DNA of 64,000 nt from Lama glama (lineage: Eukaryota). The notes below the pieces were generated by a model. The model did not search any database, had not been told where the DNA came from, and saw nothing but the letters and a program-made list of their open reading frames with translations. Shown here piece by piece: positions 23,558 to 37,300 of this stretch. Made by a program: the position numbers and the translations under genes. The stretch's first letter is position 1; each line of letters starts with the position of its first letter. Location: NCBI GenBank assembly GCA_028534125.1, contig CM052828.1:61256001-61320000 (forward strand), read 5' to 3'.

Positions 23558-25350
23558 CTGCAATGGAGGCGGCGCATCGCAAGGCAATACAAACGAGAGG
23601 GGGGCAAGAGTGAGCGAGGCCGTGAGCCCTGGGCTGCGGGGAATGCTGGGCCTGGAGGCAGATGGGAACCGGAAACTCAGTTCTGAGCCTTCCAGGCTCC
23701 ACCACTGTGTGACCTGACAGCTGGGCCCCTGACTCAGGGCCAAAGGCCCCAGGGCCACCCAAGGATGTCCGTGCCAGTGCCCGCCCTCCCCATCGCCCCT
23801 CTGGGTGACCACCAGGCCATCCAGGCCCCCAGGGCTGCAGGCGCAGGTGCACCGCGGGCCGCGGCGTCCACCCCCAGCTGCGTCCAACGTCCTCGCCTCT
23901 GGACAGCTCTTCCCACAGAGTGGAGGGGAGGCTGGGGGCTTCCCGGCCCTCCGGCCCCCGCACCTCACCTGTGGTGTTCAGGCAGCTCTACAAGTTGAAG
24001 CACTTGGAAGAGTTTAAAAAGCAATGAAAACGGAAGCTGGTCATTCCGACCGCACATACAGTGTGGTGTTCTGAGCCGTGCTCGCTTTCCTGTTACAATT
24101 AGCACCTCAGTGGGGTGGTCCTTTGTTCAGGTGTGCTACACACGCTGCAGCAGGTGCACTGGACGGATCATGAACGGCATGTGTAGATCGGGCATCTAAT
24201 GCACCTGACTGACACATGGAACCCCACAGGTGAGAACGTGGAGACAGAGAGGGCAGAGCCAGAAGGGCCCCAGGAGCCTGGGCAGGAGTGGGCTCTAGAG
24301 AAGGGGACGTGAGGAGTCACCCAGAGCCTCCCTGGAACAGGTGTCGGCCGGAGGCCCAGGAGGCCCAGGAAAGCAGGCACCTGCTGGAGTTGCAGACAGA
24401 CCATACTCCAGTCACCCAGCCAACCCGCTGAAAGCGGGGCTTAGGCTGTGCATGGTGGCCCCTGGGCTGGGCTGCACGGCTCTCCCAACACCCTCAACTC
24501 AAAAGTCACTATGGCCCATGAACCAGGCATGGTGACTGTTCTGGGCTCCAGCCAAGCCCCATCTAGGGAAGAGTCGGACAGAACCGTCAGCCACCCCGCA
24601 GCCTGAACTGGCCAGGCCGACGTCCTTGGGACAGACCAGGCGACCAGTGTCACTGATTTGCAACAGTCACTCAGTCCACGTAAAGCTGATGTCTAAGTGA
24701 CTGCTCACTTATCAGCACATGAGAATCCTATGTCTTTACTGTAAATTGTCACTAACTAATAATAAAGGGAAAAAGATAACCGTGTTTTGTTCTAAGAGTT
24801 AAGGGCCCGGCTGCAGAGAAGCTGGAGGCACGCGGGGCTGCCCCCCCACTCCTGGTCTCCTGCAGCGGCCTCCCCAGCCCGCCAGGTCCGGCCGCCGTCA
24901 AGGCCTGTTCCCATTTCCTTTCCCCAGACGTACAAGGAAAGCTCCTGCGGTGCTCTCCGCACCTCAGTGCCTGGAGGCAGAGCTGCGGGGCCGGCCCCTC
25001 CCCCTCCTGGAAGCTGAGCTCCCTGCAGTGCCTGAGGGGCCGCTGCTCCCCCGGCCCACAGCCGTCCACGTCCACGTGCAAGAGCCCAAGCCTGTCTTGT
25101 CTCAGACCATCTAGAAAGCACCCCCTGGGACCCCTGCATCTGCCTGGCTGGCTCTTCCCTCCACCCCTGCCCCTCACAGCCGAGGCCAGGAGCGGCCGCC
25201 CTGCCAGGTGGGCCTGCGCCCCGGCCCCCAGCCCAGGTCTGAACACCACACTGTGGTCCTAATGGGGACCGTCTGCTGGTTTGTCTGTGTCCCCATGTGT
25301 TTCGGCGGCAGGACGACCACGGCTGTCCTCAGGCAGGAGCCAGGACTCAC

Positions 25351-25519
25351 CGTAATCCAGGCTGTAGAAGGCAAATCCACTCCCGGGGAAGAAGGCCCCC
25401 TTCTCCGTCACCGAGAAGCACTGCATTTTCACATTCACTTTGACCGTCTCCTGGATGGTGGTGTCCTCACCGTTCAGCCAGTTCCAGCTCCTCATGCAGC
25501 CGTCCAGACGGGGGTTCAT
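25351..25519 (-). CDS. GAS6: GAS6 exon 12 ([17 protein letters not shown]...FAFYSLDY)
   Basis: ccAG / GTGAGT; 169 nt. Confidence 0.97.
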
Positions 25520-26503
25520 CTGGAGACAGAGACGCCCAGTGGCTCCCTGGGCACCACATGTGCTCCCAGGTGTCGTGACACTCGCGCCCTCTCGGCTCAG
25601 GCTGTGGACACCACTGCAGACGTGGAGGTTAATCTGCTGCAGGGCTCTGCGCTCGACAAAGCCCGAGATCAGGAGTGCAGTGCACGCAGTGGGCCCGCTC
25701 CCCACGCAGGACCACGGCGGGTGGGCTTCCCTGTCTGCACCACGTCTCCCCACTCACCCAGCAGACAAAGCGGGTGGGGCGAGGTGACACTCCACGCTGT
25801 GCCTGGCACTCTGACCCGGCACCAAGCGCACACGAGGACAGGAAGGTCAGGGGCTGGGGACGTCAAGTCTGGCTCAGCCATACACCCGCCCTATTGTTCT
25901 GAGCAAATCCCGATGTCCCCTCAGCCCTCGTCTGTAAAACGAGGCAGGAACTTTGGGGTGCAGGACACCCCTCACCCCGTCTGGAGGGGAGACAGTGCTG
26001 CCATGATCCTTCATTTGGAACCTCAGCATGCTGGACTGACTTCTGGTGTGTGGCGTGGAAATCAGAGTCAGGACGCCAGTGACTCTGGCCGTGGATGTCA
26101 GTGCGTGGGGCAGGTGGTAGGAAGGGGCAGGACTTTGAGAAATGACCAACACTGACCTCCCATCAGTTTTTTTCTCCCCTTTGGAAGTCCTGGAGGTTTA
26201 ACAGCCCAAATGTCCTTGACAATTGTCAAAAAAAGTTGACTAGTCTGTTTGTTGAAGAATAATTTCAATGTGATTTATCTCTACTGCAAGATAGACATTT
26301 GTATTATCAATTCAGGTGAAAACTCAAATGAGTCTCATAGAAAGAGACGCTGAGTTTACCGACAAAGCTGCACCTGCTGGAAAACGTGTGTCTTCCTCCA
26401 GGTCCTCTGCCAAACCTGGTCAGTGCTGCCCACGGCCCTCAGGGTCAAACCCCACCCTCACCCATCCTGGGCTCTGACCCCAGGAACTAACAGCTGTACT
26501 TAC

Positions 26504-26668
26504 AGGCTGGACAAGGTCTTTCTCCTTGAAGGGAATGCCTCCTACAGTAAGATTCAGATGGTACAGTCCTCTGTCCAGCTGAAACAGATCCCCAGCCACT
26601 GCAATCTTCATAACAGCATCCTTGTTCACCTTGATCACCAGGTTCCGCTCCAGCTCCTCAACAGAGAT
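26504..26668 (-). CDS. GAS6: GAS6 exon 11, LG1 (ISVEELERN...[19 protein letters not shown])
   Basis: tcAG / GTAAGT; 165 nt; NLT glycosylation sequon. Confidence 0.97.
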
Positions 26669-27749
26669 CTGAAGGACACAGGCGCTGTGAGGGGGCGGGT
26701 GCCCCTTCTGAAGGGGCACCCAGCCTTGGGCACCAATTCCTGTCACGGCCTGGGGCCAAGAGACTCCCAACCCCGAGGGGACCGTGCCCATCACTGCATG
26801 GGCCCCCTGCCGTCTACGGTGTGGCTCTGGCTCTGCCAGTTTCCCTCCCAGCATGGCTCCTCCCCCTCCCCCCTCTCCTGCAAAGGAGTCCACTGGAGCC
26901 ACTCCCCTGTCCCTGGGCCCTAAATTAAGCCTCAGCCAGGGAGCTGCCTTCAGGGGGAGGAACTCATGCTCTGCACAGCTGGAGGGAGGAGAAGACGCTC
27001 TGTTTCAGAATCTCCAGCAGCTGCTCCGTGTCTGGCAGACTGAATGCTGAGCAAACACACAAATTCATTCTAAAACTTTCCACTCTTTCCTGCGTTCCTC
27101 GTAGGAAAATGTAAAAACCTATCACTCTGTACACTACGCGCCCTTCCAATGCCCCAGAAGCCTACTCGTTTCCTTTTTGGCTCAAGGGGAGACACATTTA
27201 GACATTCAGGTCTGGATTTGGTGTCTGCACTGGGGGCCGGGGGGCAGGTCGCACAAGAGATGATGGTTGTCGAGCCCGCCCTGCTCCTCCAGGACCAGCT
27301 CGCGTCTCGGGTGGGCTGGCAGCTGCGCCTGCCGCCTGGCCGTGCTCCTCCAGCGCCTGCCCCTGGGGCAGTGTCCAGCCCCCTTGGGACACCGCGTGCC
27401 CCTCAGCCCGGGGCCCGGTTCTCACGTGCAGAGCTCAGCCCCTGACACGCGCCCCTTGGATTCACTCTTTTCCCTGTAACTTTGCTGAAGGTGCTTCTCT
27501 GGCTGCTCTGGAGTTGCTTGGGCTTTGAGAGATCAGGAAAGAAGGAGCTGGGCGTCGCTGATGGGGTGGAAATGTTAGCAAACGTCTACAGTGTTTTTTT
27601 TCATGGAGGCCAGGGCAAGTTTTTCCACTTTATCTTCTCTTTTAGAGGAAAAAAGAATGCTTTCCCCATTTCTCCCTCAAGTGTTTCCCCCTAAATGCCC
27701 AATTCTGACCCAGGGAACTCTGAGGTCTGGGAGGGACCCTGTGTGTCAC

Positions 27750-27946
27750 AGGCCACTCAGCCCTGGGCACTGTGACGCAGGACAGAGCAGTGGGTTCTCA
27801 GGGCAGGTGTCCTGTGTGCTGCAGGTGCCCAGCAGCCCCCGGGCTTCAGCCCAGCTGCCAGGAGCCCCACCCCCACCCCCGTGACTGACAGCACCATCTC
27901 CAGACACAGCCAGTGTCCCTGGGGCAGTTGCCCCCCGAGGACCACG
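27750..27946 (-). mobile_element. MER20 fossil in GAS6 intron 10
   Basis: tgtcctgtgtgctgcagg...ctccagacacagccagtgtccctgggg is the reverse complement of MER20 motifs. Confidence 0.65.
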
Positions 27947-28019
27947 GTTCCTGCGGTGGAAACCAGGCTCCGATTATGTGATGAGATGTCACCTGCCCTG
28001 CCGTCGCAGGGCCTGCTCA

Positions 28020-28325
<306 letters not shown>

Positions 28326-28397
28326 TTACACACAGGTTGGGGGCGTGCGGCCCCTCCCTGCAGAGCTCACCACGGCCCCCTGCCCGCTCTGCGCTCA

Positions 28398-28571
<174 letters not shown>

Positions 28572-29155
28572 TCACGGGCACCTGGGGCCTGCCGGGCACG
28601 CCCCGGCCCAGCGTGGACCCTCGGCCTGCTCCCTGGCCTGCCGTGGGGGCTTCTAGGAGGGGCTGCTCTCAGACATTTCCAGAAGCCTTGGGCTCCTTGC
28701 TCATAGCCGCCTCTCCCAGTCTCTTCAGTGCCCTCCCTCCCTGCTAATTTCCCTTTTGCTTTTATGTTTTAAATTACGGAATACTTCAAAAGGACAGAAA
28801 AGCATGGAGAACAAAAAACAACTAGAAAATGTTGTAAAATAAGTAAGACATAGAAGCCTTGAAGACCGCCTTTTCTAGAAGGTTCCCTGCTCTACAGCAC
28901 AGCTGGAAGCAGGCAGAGCAGGTCTGCGCCCCAAGGTCAGGGGGTGCTGACTGCACAGCCCCCCCCCCCCGAGCACAGGCCACATCTGCGGCGTGTGAAC
29001 CAGTCGCACTCGGGGCAGGAGTTACCACGACTTCACAAACACAACAGAACACCCAGCGGAAGGGCCATATCTCCCCATGCGGCCCGAGGACACGGGCCTC
29101 CGGGCAAAAGCACCACTCCCAGGAAGCCTCCCACGAGGCTGTGGCCGGGCGCTAC

Positions 29156-29277
29156 CTCGCAGGTGCTCATATCCAGGGACAGCTTGAGGCCCCCACGGCC
29201 ATCGCAGTGGCAGGTGTAGCTCCCCGGGGAGTTGATGCAGGCCTGCTCACAGCGTCCCTCCGCACACTCGTCCACAT
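29156..29277 (-). CDS. GAS6: GAS6 exon 8, calcium-binding EGF4
   Basis: [41 protein letters not shown]; gcAG / GTAGCG; 122 nt. Confidence 0.96.
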
Positions 29278-29872
29278 CTGCAGGCCACAAGGTACACCTG
29301 AGCCCCGCTGCTGCCAGTGCACACCTCGTTCTCGGATCACACCGCCGTGGACACGCCCCCAAGCACGTGACCCCAGAGACCCCACTCCCAAGGCTCCCAC
29401 CCAGCCAGCCGCACACACTGTGATTCCGCGGCTCTCTGCTGGGGAAGTGGCCACTGTGCTCGGAGACAGGGGAGGTCAGCACAAGCTGAGCCTGTTCCCT
29501 GGGACACCCAGACTCAAGGTTCCGGAGCAGGTCCGTGCCAAGGACAGCATTGCTTGCAGGTGAGCATGGGGCCCAGGGATGGCCTGGAGGGGAGGCGTTG
29601 GAGGCAGGGCCTGGACCACCCCATCCCCTTTCTCAGGAAGACAGCGGGAGGGGACATCCTCTCTGTGCCCCCAGGAAGCGATGGGGCCAGGACGGCCCCA
29701 GCACAGCAGGTGGAACCAGGTGGAGAGAAGCTGGTGGGCTTGGGGGCACGGGGGCCCTGCCTGCCTGCCCCTCCCGTGTCTGTGGCAGGTGGCAAGGTGC
29801 CCGGCTACATCAAGACGCACAGGCTTGTCTGCGTGTGCACGCCCGTGCCCGTGTGTGCGCATGTGAAGGTAC

Positions 29873-29995
29873 CCTGGCAGGCCTTCTCCTGGGAGCTGAA
29901 CGCGAAGCCCTCGTCGCAGAGGCAGGAGTAGGAGCCGGGCAGGTTCCGGCAGCGAGCCTCTCCGCAGGCGCCCGTGTCCGCACACTCATCCACGT
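29873..29995 (-). CDS. GAS6: GAS6 exon 7, calcium-binding EGF3
   Basis: [41 protein letters not shown]; gcAG acceptor and a weak GTACCT donor; 123 nt. Confidence 0.95.
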
Positions 29996-32900
29996 CTGCA
30001 AGAAAAGCGAGCTGCGCTTCAGGTCGGCCAGGCCGCTGGCAGCTGGCCTGGCCCGTGCTGCCGCCTGCCCGGCTGAGGCGTCCAGCTCTGCTGGGTGAGT
30101 GATGCCTGGTGGTGTCGGACCAGCTCTGGGCAACGAGGCGTCCCCTCCAGTCCCCCTCCTCCTCTAACCCCACCCCTCCCCATCCTCTCCTCCCTCCTCC
30201 TCTCCTGCCTCCTCCCTTCCTTCTATCCACTGGGCTCTGCAGCTCCAGGCCCAGGAGCAGGGTGGGGATGGGGGCATTTCTCACCAGGGGCCTGGTGAAG
30301 AAGGTTGATTTCAGATACGGCAAAGGGCACCCACTGGCTGGGGTGCACAGGATAGCTGCTTAATTCAAATGACCGCAGTCCAGGAAGTCCAATGTCACCC
30401 CAGGGAGTTTGGCCTGAAGTCCGCCCTGCGCCCTGGAGCCCCGAGCTGGCTCCTGACCCTGCAGCCACAGCCCTGGGCGCTGCCTCTCCCTTACTCACAC
30501 CAGGGTCTGCCCGTCGGAATCGACTCCAGTCACGTAAATGACCATCAAGGGTCTCCCCTGAGGTTTCGTCCACTCTGCCACTTTGGCAAAAAAGTAGACA
30601 AAGCCTGCCTTGAAGAACTAGTTCCTACAGAGACAGAAGGAACATCGAGAAGGTGCGGCAGTGCTTCAGGTAACACCGATTCCGCAGACAGCAACGCAGA
30701 AGTGTGTGCGGCCAAGACGCAGCTGCTCACGACTTGGCCACAGGGCAGCTCACCGGCAAGCAGGCTTTCGGATGAGAAAGCCGGATTTCTCCCAGGCCGC
30801 AGGCATGAGCCAGCACAAAGCGCACGTGCTCCCTGAGAGGAGTGTGTGAGCTGCGATGACCCCACAGGCAGGACTGACCGTGTGGACACTTCAGAGCCCA
30901 CGGTCCCTTTGGGAGCCAGCCTGGGCCGATCCCCCCACCAGTCCTTGCTCCCTGTGTGCAGGTGCAGCCGTGGATCCAGAACAGCCCCAGTCGCAGGGGG
31001 GTGAGGGCGCCAGACACAGGGCGGGGAGGAACCAGGCTCGCACTGGGGACTGCGGGGCAGGAAGCTGCCCCACACAAGGCAGCCTTGAAGCGCCGGCCCC
31101 TGCCCTTGGCTGGCGAGGTCCTGCCTCAGTTGTGGGGGAGCTCGCACCTACCCTGCAGTCTCTGCTGACCTCACTGGCTCCACGAAAGCTCGCTGTCTGA
31201 GTGATGCCCAGCCCTGGGTGGCCCAGTGGCCCGTCCCTGCAGGCTGGGCAGGTGCAGGGCCCCCACTGGCCGCTCTGTGATGCCCTAGGTGGGGTCCGCA
31301 GGCCTGAGCGGCACAAAGCCCCCCCCCCCCCCGGGCTGGTGTGACTGGAGGGCTGGGCCCACCGCAAACTCTGACTTGAGCGTCTGGGGCCCAAGAGGCT
31401 GCACCTCACAAGTGCAGGAGGCAGAGCTGGGGTCTGGGCCTCACCAGCACCAGGGAAGGCATGGTGCGGGGACGCCCTCTCCAGATGGGAACCTGTCCTG
31501 ACTGTGTCCCCAGCAGACCCAGTGCTGGGCATCCCCTCCTCACAAGAAACAGTGGACAGAACCCTGAGACCACTGTGCTCCCAGCCTGAGCCATCACCTT
31601 TCTCCTCCCAGAGTCTCCAGCAACATGGGGGTGGAGCTGGGGCCCAGATGGTGCCCTGACCTCCCTCCTCGGGGCCTCTTGCTCCGCCCCCTCAAGCCTC
31701 AACCCTCCCAACACTCCTCCCCGTGAAGATGCCGCCACCCAGAGCATGGCAGTGGGAAAGCTGGGCACGGGCGGGCAGGTGGGTGGTGCTGGCCCCTGGC
31801 GCCAAAAGCCCAGGCCCAGTCCCGCTGTTCACGGCGGGCTGAGTCTACAGCAAGACGGCACCGCACGCCCACAGCCTCCTCGGCCTGGGTCCGTGGGTCT
31901 CAAGGTACCAGAGGAGACAGTGACAGTCAAGAGAAAGGGAGGTGTGTGGGCAGCATCAACAGGCACACCCTGAAACCTGGCAGTGAGGGTGGGGTCCTGC
32001 CATCACATTGATTATTAATCAATCACGCTAACCCCAGGCAAGCACAGAACACCCCCCTGTTCTGCACACTGTTCTGGGGGGAAAAGGCAACAGGATGCAG
32101 GGGTGCACTCAGACCACCAGAGTCTTCCTCACCATTCACAGACTTGGTGGGAGGGGTGACAGGAGACTAGTGATTGGGTCCCTAGGGGTCTTCCAAAGAG
32201 GTTAAAGCAGGGCCCTTGGGCAGGACAGCAGTGGTGCCTGGGGGTGTCCAAACAGACAGTGCAGGGCTCCCCAGAACCTTAGCCTCACAGTCAGTCGGGG
32301 TGGGCCCTCAGGACTCCCTGGTGGCAGCAGGTGCACAAGAAATGAACCCCAAGTAGAAAGGCTGCCGATCCCCTAGGAGCAGTGGGGGGATGGGCCCTTG
32401 GGTCACAGTGAGACACCCAACATGGGGCGTCTGAGGCTGCAGGCTGAAGTCCCTTCCTGGGGCCAGACCGCGCCAGGAGCATGGAGGTGGCTGTTCTCGG
32501 TGGGAGGGGCGGGGGTTCCCTATGCACTCGGGGAACCACCCTGTGGATGCAGGGACGCCTCCCGGGTCTCGTCAGGGCTGGGAGCCACCGACGTTTTCAC
32601 CTCGAGCACGACTCAGGGATGCCCTGTGGCGCCCGGCCTGCCTGGGCGCCGACCCTGACGCTGCCTCTCCCCAGCAGTTCCAGCTCCTGTTTCCTGGGTG
32701 AGCCAGCCCACAGCACTGAGAGACGGCTGCAGTGAGGGGGGGGCGGGAGGAAAGGTGTCCCTGCAAAGTGGGGCGCGGGGGGCTCCTTTACAGCCTCAGA
32801 GTCTTCCACTGGGCAGCAGCCAGGGTGGACAGAGGATGGGCCACAGTCTGCAGTGGCCTCATGTGTGCTCAGGCTGCTGGGCCGAGGGAGCCCCAGCCTG

Positions 32901-33353
32901 GGCTGAGAGGAAGTGAGAGGGACGCTGGCCTTTCTCCGAGGGAGGCCATGGCCCAGGGCCGTGGGGCAGCCAGCCTGGTAGATGTGGGATGTCCTAGCCC
33001 CCGACTGGCACAAAAACGCCTGCCGCCCCGTGGCCTGGAAGGAGGCCGAGCAGCTGCCTCCCCTCTGGGGCTGTAAGCTCGGCCTCCCCAGCTGGGCCGG
33101 CCCTGCATGGATCTCAGTGAGTCATCCCCTGTCACGGTGCTGGGGCAGCTCCTGCGGCCGCCAACATGCCCGGGCATGTGCTGTCTCTGCAGGACGCACC
33201 CCGCTCCCCGCCAGAACCAGAGGAACCAGCCACTGCCCGCAGTCTCCTGCAGACAGCCGGCTTCAGCAGTCTGGCCATTCGGCAATTGCAGAGTTAAAAG
33301 GGGGAGGAGCGGAGAGGCGGGGTGAGCCAAAGGGTCCTGGATCCAGGCCTTAC

Positions 33354-33476
33354 CGTGGCAAGTCTGGCGGTCCTGGGAGAGCGTGTAGCCGCCATAGCAG
33401 GCGCAGTGGAAGCTGCCTGGCTTGTTGGAGCAGATCTGGCTGCAGCCCCCGTTCTGCTGGCCACATTCATCCACAT
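33354..33476 (-). CDS. GAS6: GAS6 exon 6, calcium-binding EGF2
   Basis: [41 protein letters not shown]; ccAG / GTAAGG; 123 nt. Confidence 0.96.
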
Positions 33477-34256
33477 CTGGGAACAAGACACAGAGGGATT
33501 AGGGCCGTCAGAGGTGACCCACCTCCCGCCTGGAGCAAGTGGCAGTGTCTGCACACCTGACCCCACTGACTCCACCCTCCAATTGTGGGTGGGAGGCCCC
33601 CGCTGTACCCGGGGCAGTGATGGTTCACCGCGCCAGCTTCCTGGGAGACGGGGCTCTCCATGCCGTGAGGGGGCTGCCCAGGGTTCTAACCAGGTCTGGG
33701 GGGTTTTCCACAGCTTCTTTGCCAACACTACATAACTGCAGACTCCGAGAGGTCGGAGGTGAACTCACTCTGGACTCCTTGTCAATCAATGGGGGCAGGG
33801 CATTCCTACCGGCCCCCCTCAACCCCCGCGGCCTGGTCCTGCCCTCAGAGAGGAGCTGCCTACCCATCCCAGCTCACAAGGAGCTGGCCTGAGCTCAGGG
33901 CTCAGCTCGGCGGCTTTACAACCCGATGGTGCCCTGCCCGGGACACAAACAAGCCCTCCGTGCGCTGTCCAAACATTCGTGCTCTGGGAGGACTTCAGGG
34001 GCTGAGGCACCCTGCCCGCCCAGCTTCTCCCTCCTCTGCGAGCTGAGCGGAGGCTGACCATTGAGAGGCCTGGGTCCCTGACAGCCTCAGCCAGACAGGC
34101 CAGCAAGGCCGTGTCCCGGGTGGGCAGTGAGGTAAGGAGAGGAAGAAGAGAGGGAGCTGGCAGCCCCTCCGGCCCGGGGCCCTGCAGCCGGCCGAGGGAG
34201 GACCTGACGCCTGGCCCTCGCCCTCCCCTGCTCCCCCGCCAGCTGCGTGGCCTCAC

Positions 34257-34379
34257 CTGTGTTGCAGAGCCGCCCCCTCCAGCCGGCTCTGCACTGGCAG
34301 TAGAAGTTGCCCATGAGGTCCTGGCAGACTTGGGTCCCCTCCTTATTGCAGGGGTCCGGAGAGCATTGGTCAGGCAGGT
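34257..34379 (-). CDS. GAS6: GAS6 exon 5, EGF1 (NLPDQCSPDPCNKEGTQVCQDLMGNFYCQCRAGWRGRLCNT)
   Basis: gcAG / GTGAGG; 123 nt; six-Cys EGF pattern. Confidence 0.96.
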
Positions 34380-37300
34380 CTGCATTGAAAAGAAAGAGAA
34401 AATCACTCTGAACTGCTCCTGGTCGGCAGGGAGGGAGCGGTCATGGGGCACCAGTGTCCCCTCCACTGGCCCTGGCCGACTGCACAGATCCCCCCGACCC
34501 CAGGCAGGAGTGGGGTCACAGAACAGGCTGGCCAGGCCCAGGCAGATTCCAGGAAACCCAGGTCAGCTCAGAGGGTGTAGCCACCCACTCATCAGGCCAG
34601 AGAGGTGGGGGCTGGCCCCAGGGGCAGCAGAGGCGAGGAATGAGCCTTGCTGGCTGGGGCTCGGACCTCCCAAGGAGCAGGTCACCAACCCTCGGCTGAC
34701 CCCTGGTCCCGGACCTTCACCCACATTCTCTCCACGGGTGTGGCCGCCCCTCCCATCCCAGAGGGCCACTGCCCAGCCCAGGCTGCACTGGCTGGGGTCC
34801 CGCAGGAGGCTGCCTGCCCCCCACAGCACCTCAGCGAGGCTCCACCGCTGCATGGTTCCTGCAGTTTCAGGGCCCTGGTGGCAGGGTTTCCACGCGGAGC
34901 CCCCGACTCACCCCCGGGGTGGGGAGGCCCCCCAGTGGAGATCCCGCCCTCCCAGGACTCAGCGTCGAGAGATCTTGAGAAGGGCTTTCACTGTGCCTGG
35001 TGGGGCCGAGTGCAGGTGGGGCTGGCAGGGAGGGGACACGGGGGAAGGAACATGGGGAGGGGACACCTGAGAGGCTGGGCCGTTCTGCAAACACAGGAAG
35101 CTGGAGAACAGACCTGGAGAGGCGGGTCTGAGCCAGGCAACCAGACACCACGGCTCTCTAGCTTTTCCTGTCCCCGCCCTGTGCAGCTCTGAGACCCCTG
35201 TTCACTCCACGGCCTGGCTACTAGTTACAGGCCAAGCCAAGCCAACAGGGCCCCTGACCACTGAGAGCACCAGGCCAGTGTCTGTCCTGGTGGAGGCCGG
35301 CTAGGCGGGCACTCACCACTGACCTGTCACTTCTTTCTTAGAAGGGCTGACATTTCCAGCCTGACGCCGAGTCTGGGGCCAAGCCAAGACTTTGCCCTGT
35401 GGGGCTCGCTCCTGCTGCAGGAGGCCAGCAGGTCCTGTGTTCCCGCAGCCCACTCAGGCCTGTGTCAGCCCTGGGCACAGGCCGGACACTGCTCTGTCCT
35501 CTGCATCCCACACGGGCCTGGGCACCCGGCCACCTGGGGACCCCCTCAGGAGGCCCAGCTGCGCGGGAACCCTCGTAATTGTCTGTGTCTGCAAACTGGA
35601 ACCCAGGCCTCTCACTGGTTCTTCTTGAGCCCTTCCCACAGGACCCCAGAGTCTGCTTGCTCTGCGCAGTTATGGCCAGCAGAACACCTGCGGGCGGAGA
35701 CCAAACACAGCACCTCCAAGCGCCTCTGGGACGCTCGCACAGCTGTCTGTCGGGCTCGTCTGAGACCCCCTTTCACTCCGGAGCGAGTAGGAATTGGGTC
35801 TAGCAGTCTGACGAAACGGGGTTTGGGGATGGCAGGTCAGCCCTGCGGCCCCCATGTCGCTGCTCGCTGTGACCAGTACCCCACTCTGGGGACAGAAGCG
35901 GCCCAGGGCCAGGAGCGAGAGAGGAAGCAACGGGTCTGCTTTCCTGATCCCGTCTTGGGAGGAAGGGGCTCGGAGGGGCCAGGGAGACCCGGTGGGGGCC
36001 ACGTGCCGGGGCCTGGCTGGCTCCAGAGCCGGACGGTCCAATGCTCAGCACATCAGAGGCCCGGCGAGAGGGATGGTGGGGGCACAGTGTGCGTCTCCAC
36101 TTGACGTATTTGGTTAGAGACTTGAAGTCGTATCAGAAGTACATACTTGGCTTGTTAACTTCGCCTGGAATTTGCCTAGAATGCCCAACACCCCCCCCCC
36201 CCGTTAAAAACCTCAGGATCCCGGGGGCTGAGAGGCCAACACCAGTCTCAGCTGGGAGTGGAGTGGTTCTGGGAGATTCCCACACAACACCCATCCCAGA
36301 AGAGTCTCCACCCGGCACTGCTTTATCTGTTACCCTGTTCAGAACCTTGTCTCCAGGACAGAAGGAAGAAGACACACAGGTGCCTGCAAACTTCTGAGGG
36401 ATTCAGTGGACACGTTCGAGAAGCCAAAGCTTGGGCCTGAGGGCCCTCACGTAACGGCCCACAGAGCCTGCACAGGGTTTCTGGGCCAGACGGGGTCTGC
36501 CCGGTGTCAGGCCCGCCGGCTATCTTGGCCCCGTGATGCTGCGGGAATGGGGGAGGAAGGACGTGGCACAAGCCGCGGGCTGGAATGTGGAGCATGTGCT
36601 GACCGCTGGCAGCCTCTGCTCCTTCTTCCAGAAATCTGGGGCTGATGGCAAGTTATAACCCAGGCGACACATGCAAATATGGGCCCGCTGTTCTTGCCAG
36701 AGAGGAGGGGCACAGACACCCTTCCCTCAGGACGACACCAGGCCCTGTGCCCCCCACGAAGGCTGCAGGAAACCCACAAGCAAAGCCTCAGAAACCGGCC
36801 CCCATCCTCCAGCTGGAGGCACCGGGTGTTTGGGAGCCGGGGGGACTGTCAGAGAGGAGCCCCTGGGCCCGGCCTGTCGGCCTCAATGTAGACATGTGGG
36901 AAAACTGAGACATTCCCTTTGTGGTTACAGCTTTGATGTCACAGCAACGGAGAAAACACTGAGCTATGCCAGGCTGACATCGATGACAGCATTCTTAGGA
37001 AGGAACCGGCACAAAGTTGCCTGAGTTGTCCCCATGTGCACGGAGGCCTGGAGGCCCGTCTTCCAGGAGGGCAGCGCGGGGTGTGCCCTTCCCGTGAGGC
37101 CGTCCTGGGCCCAGCTCCCGTCTTCACGCCTGCCCGGCGAGGGTAACTGTGCTTTGCACAGCCTCAGGCGTCCGGACCTCCACAGGCCAAGGCGGCATCC
37201 GAGCTGCATGGACAGTGCCCGGGCCACACGCGGGGGCCCCCTCGGCCCGCAGGGAGGAGGGGGTGAGAGGTTTGCTCAGGGTCATGGGGGTCCTGGCAGA

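Noticed and set aside
25208-26155. 315-aa plus-strand ORF
   Set aside because: Antisense shadow of GAS6 exon 12 plus GC-rich intron; non-ATG start and no recognisable domain.
34111-35070. 319-aa plus-strand ORF
   Set aside because: Antisense to GAS6 exon 5; low-complexity Pro/Gly/Arg content from GC bias.
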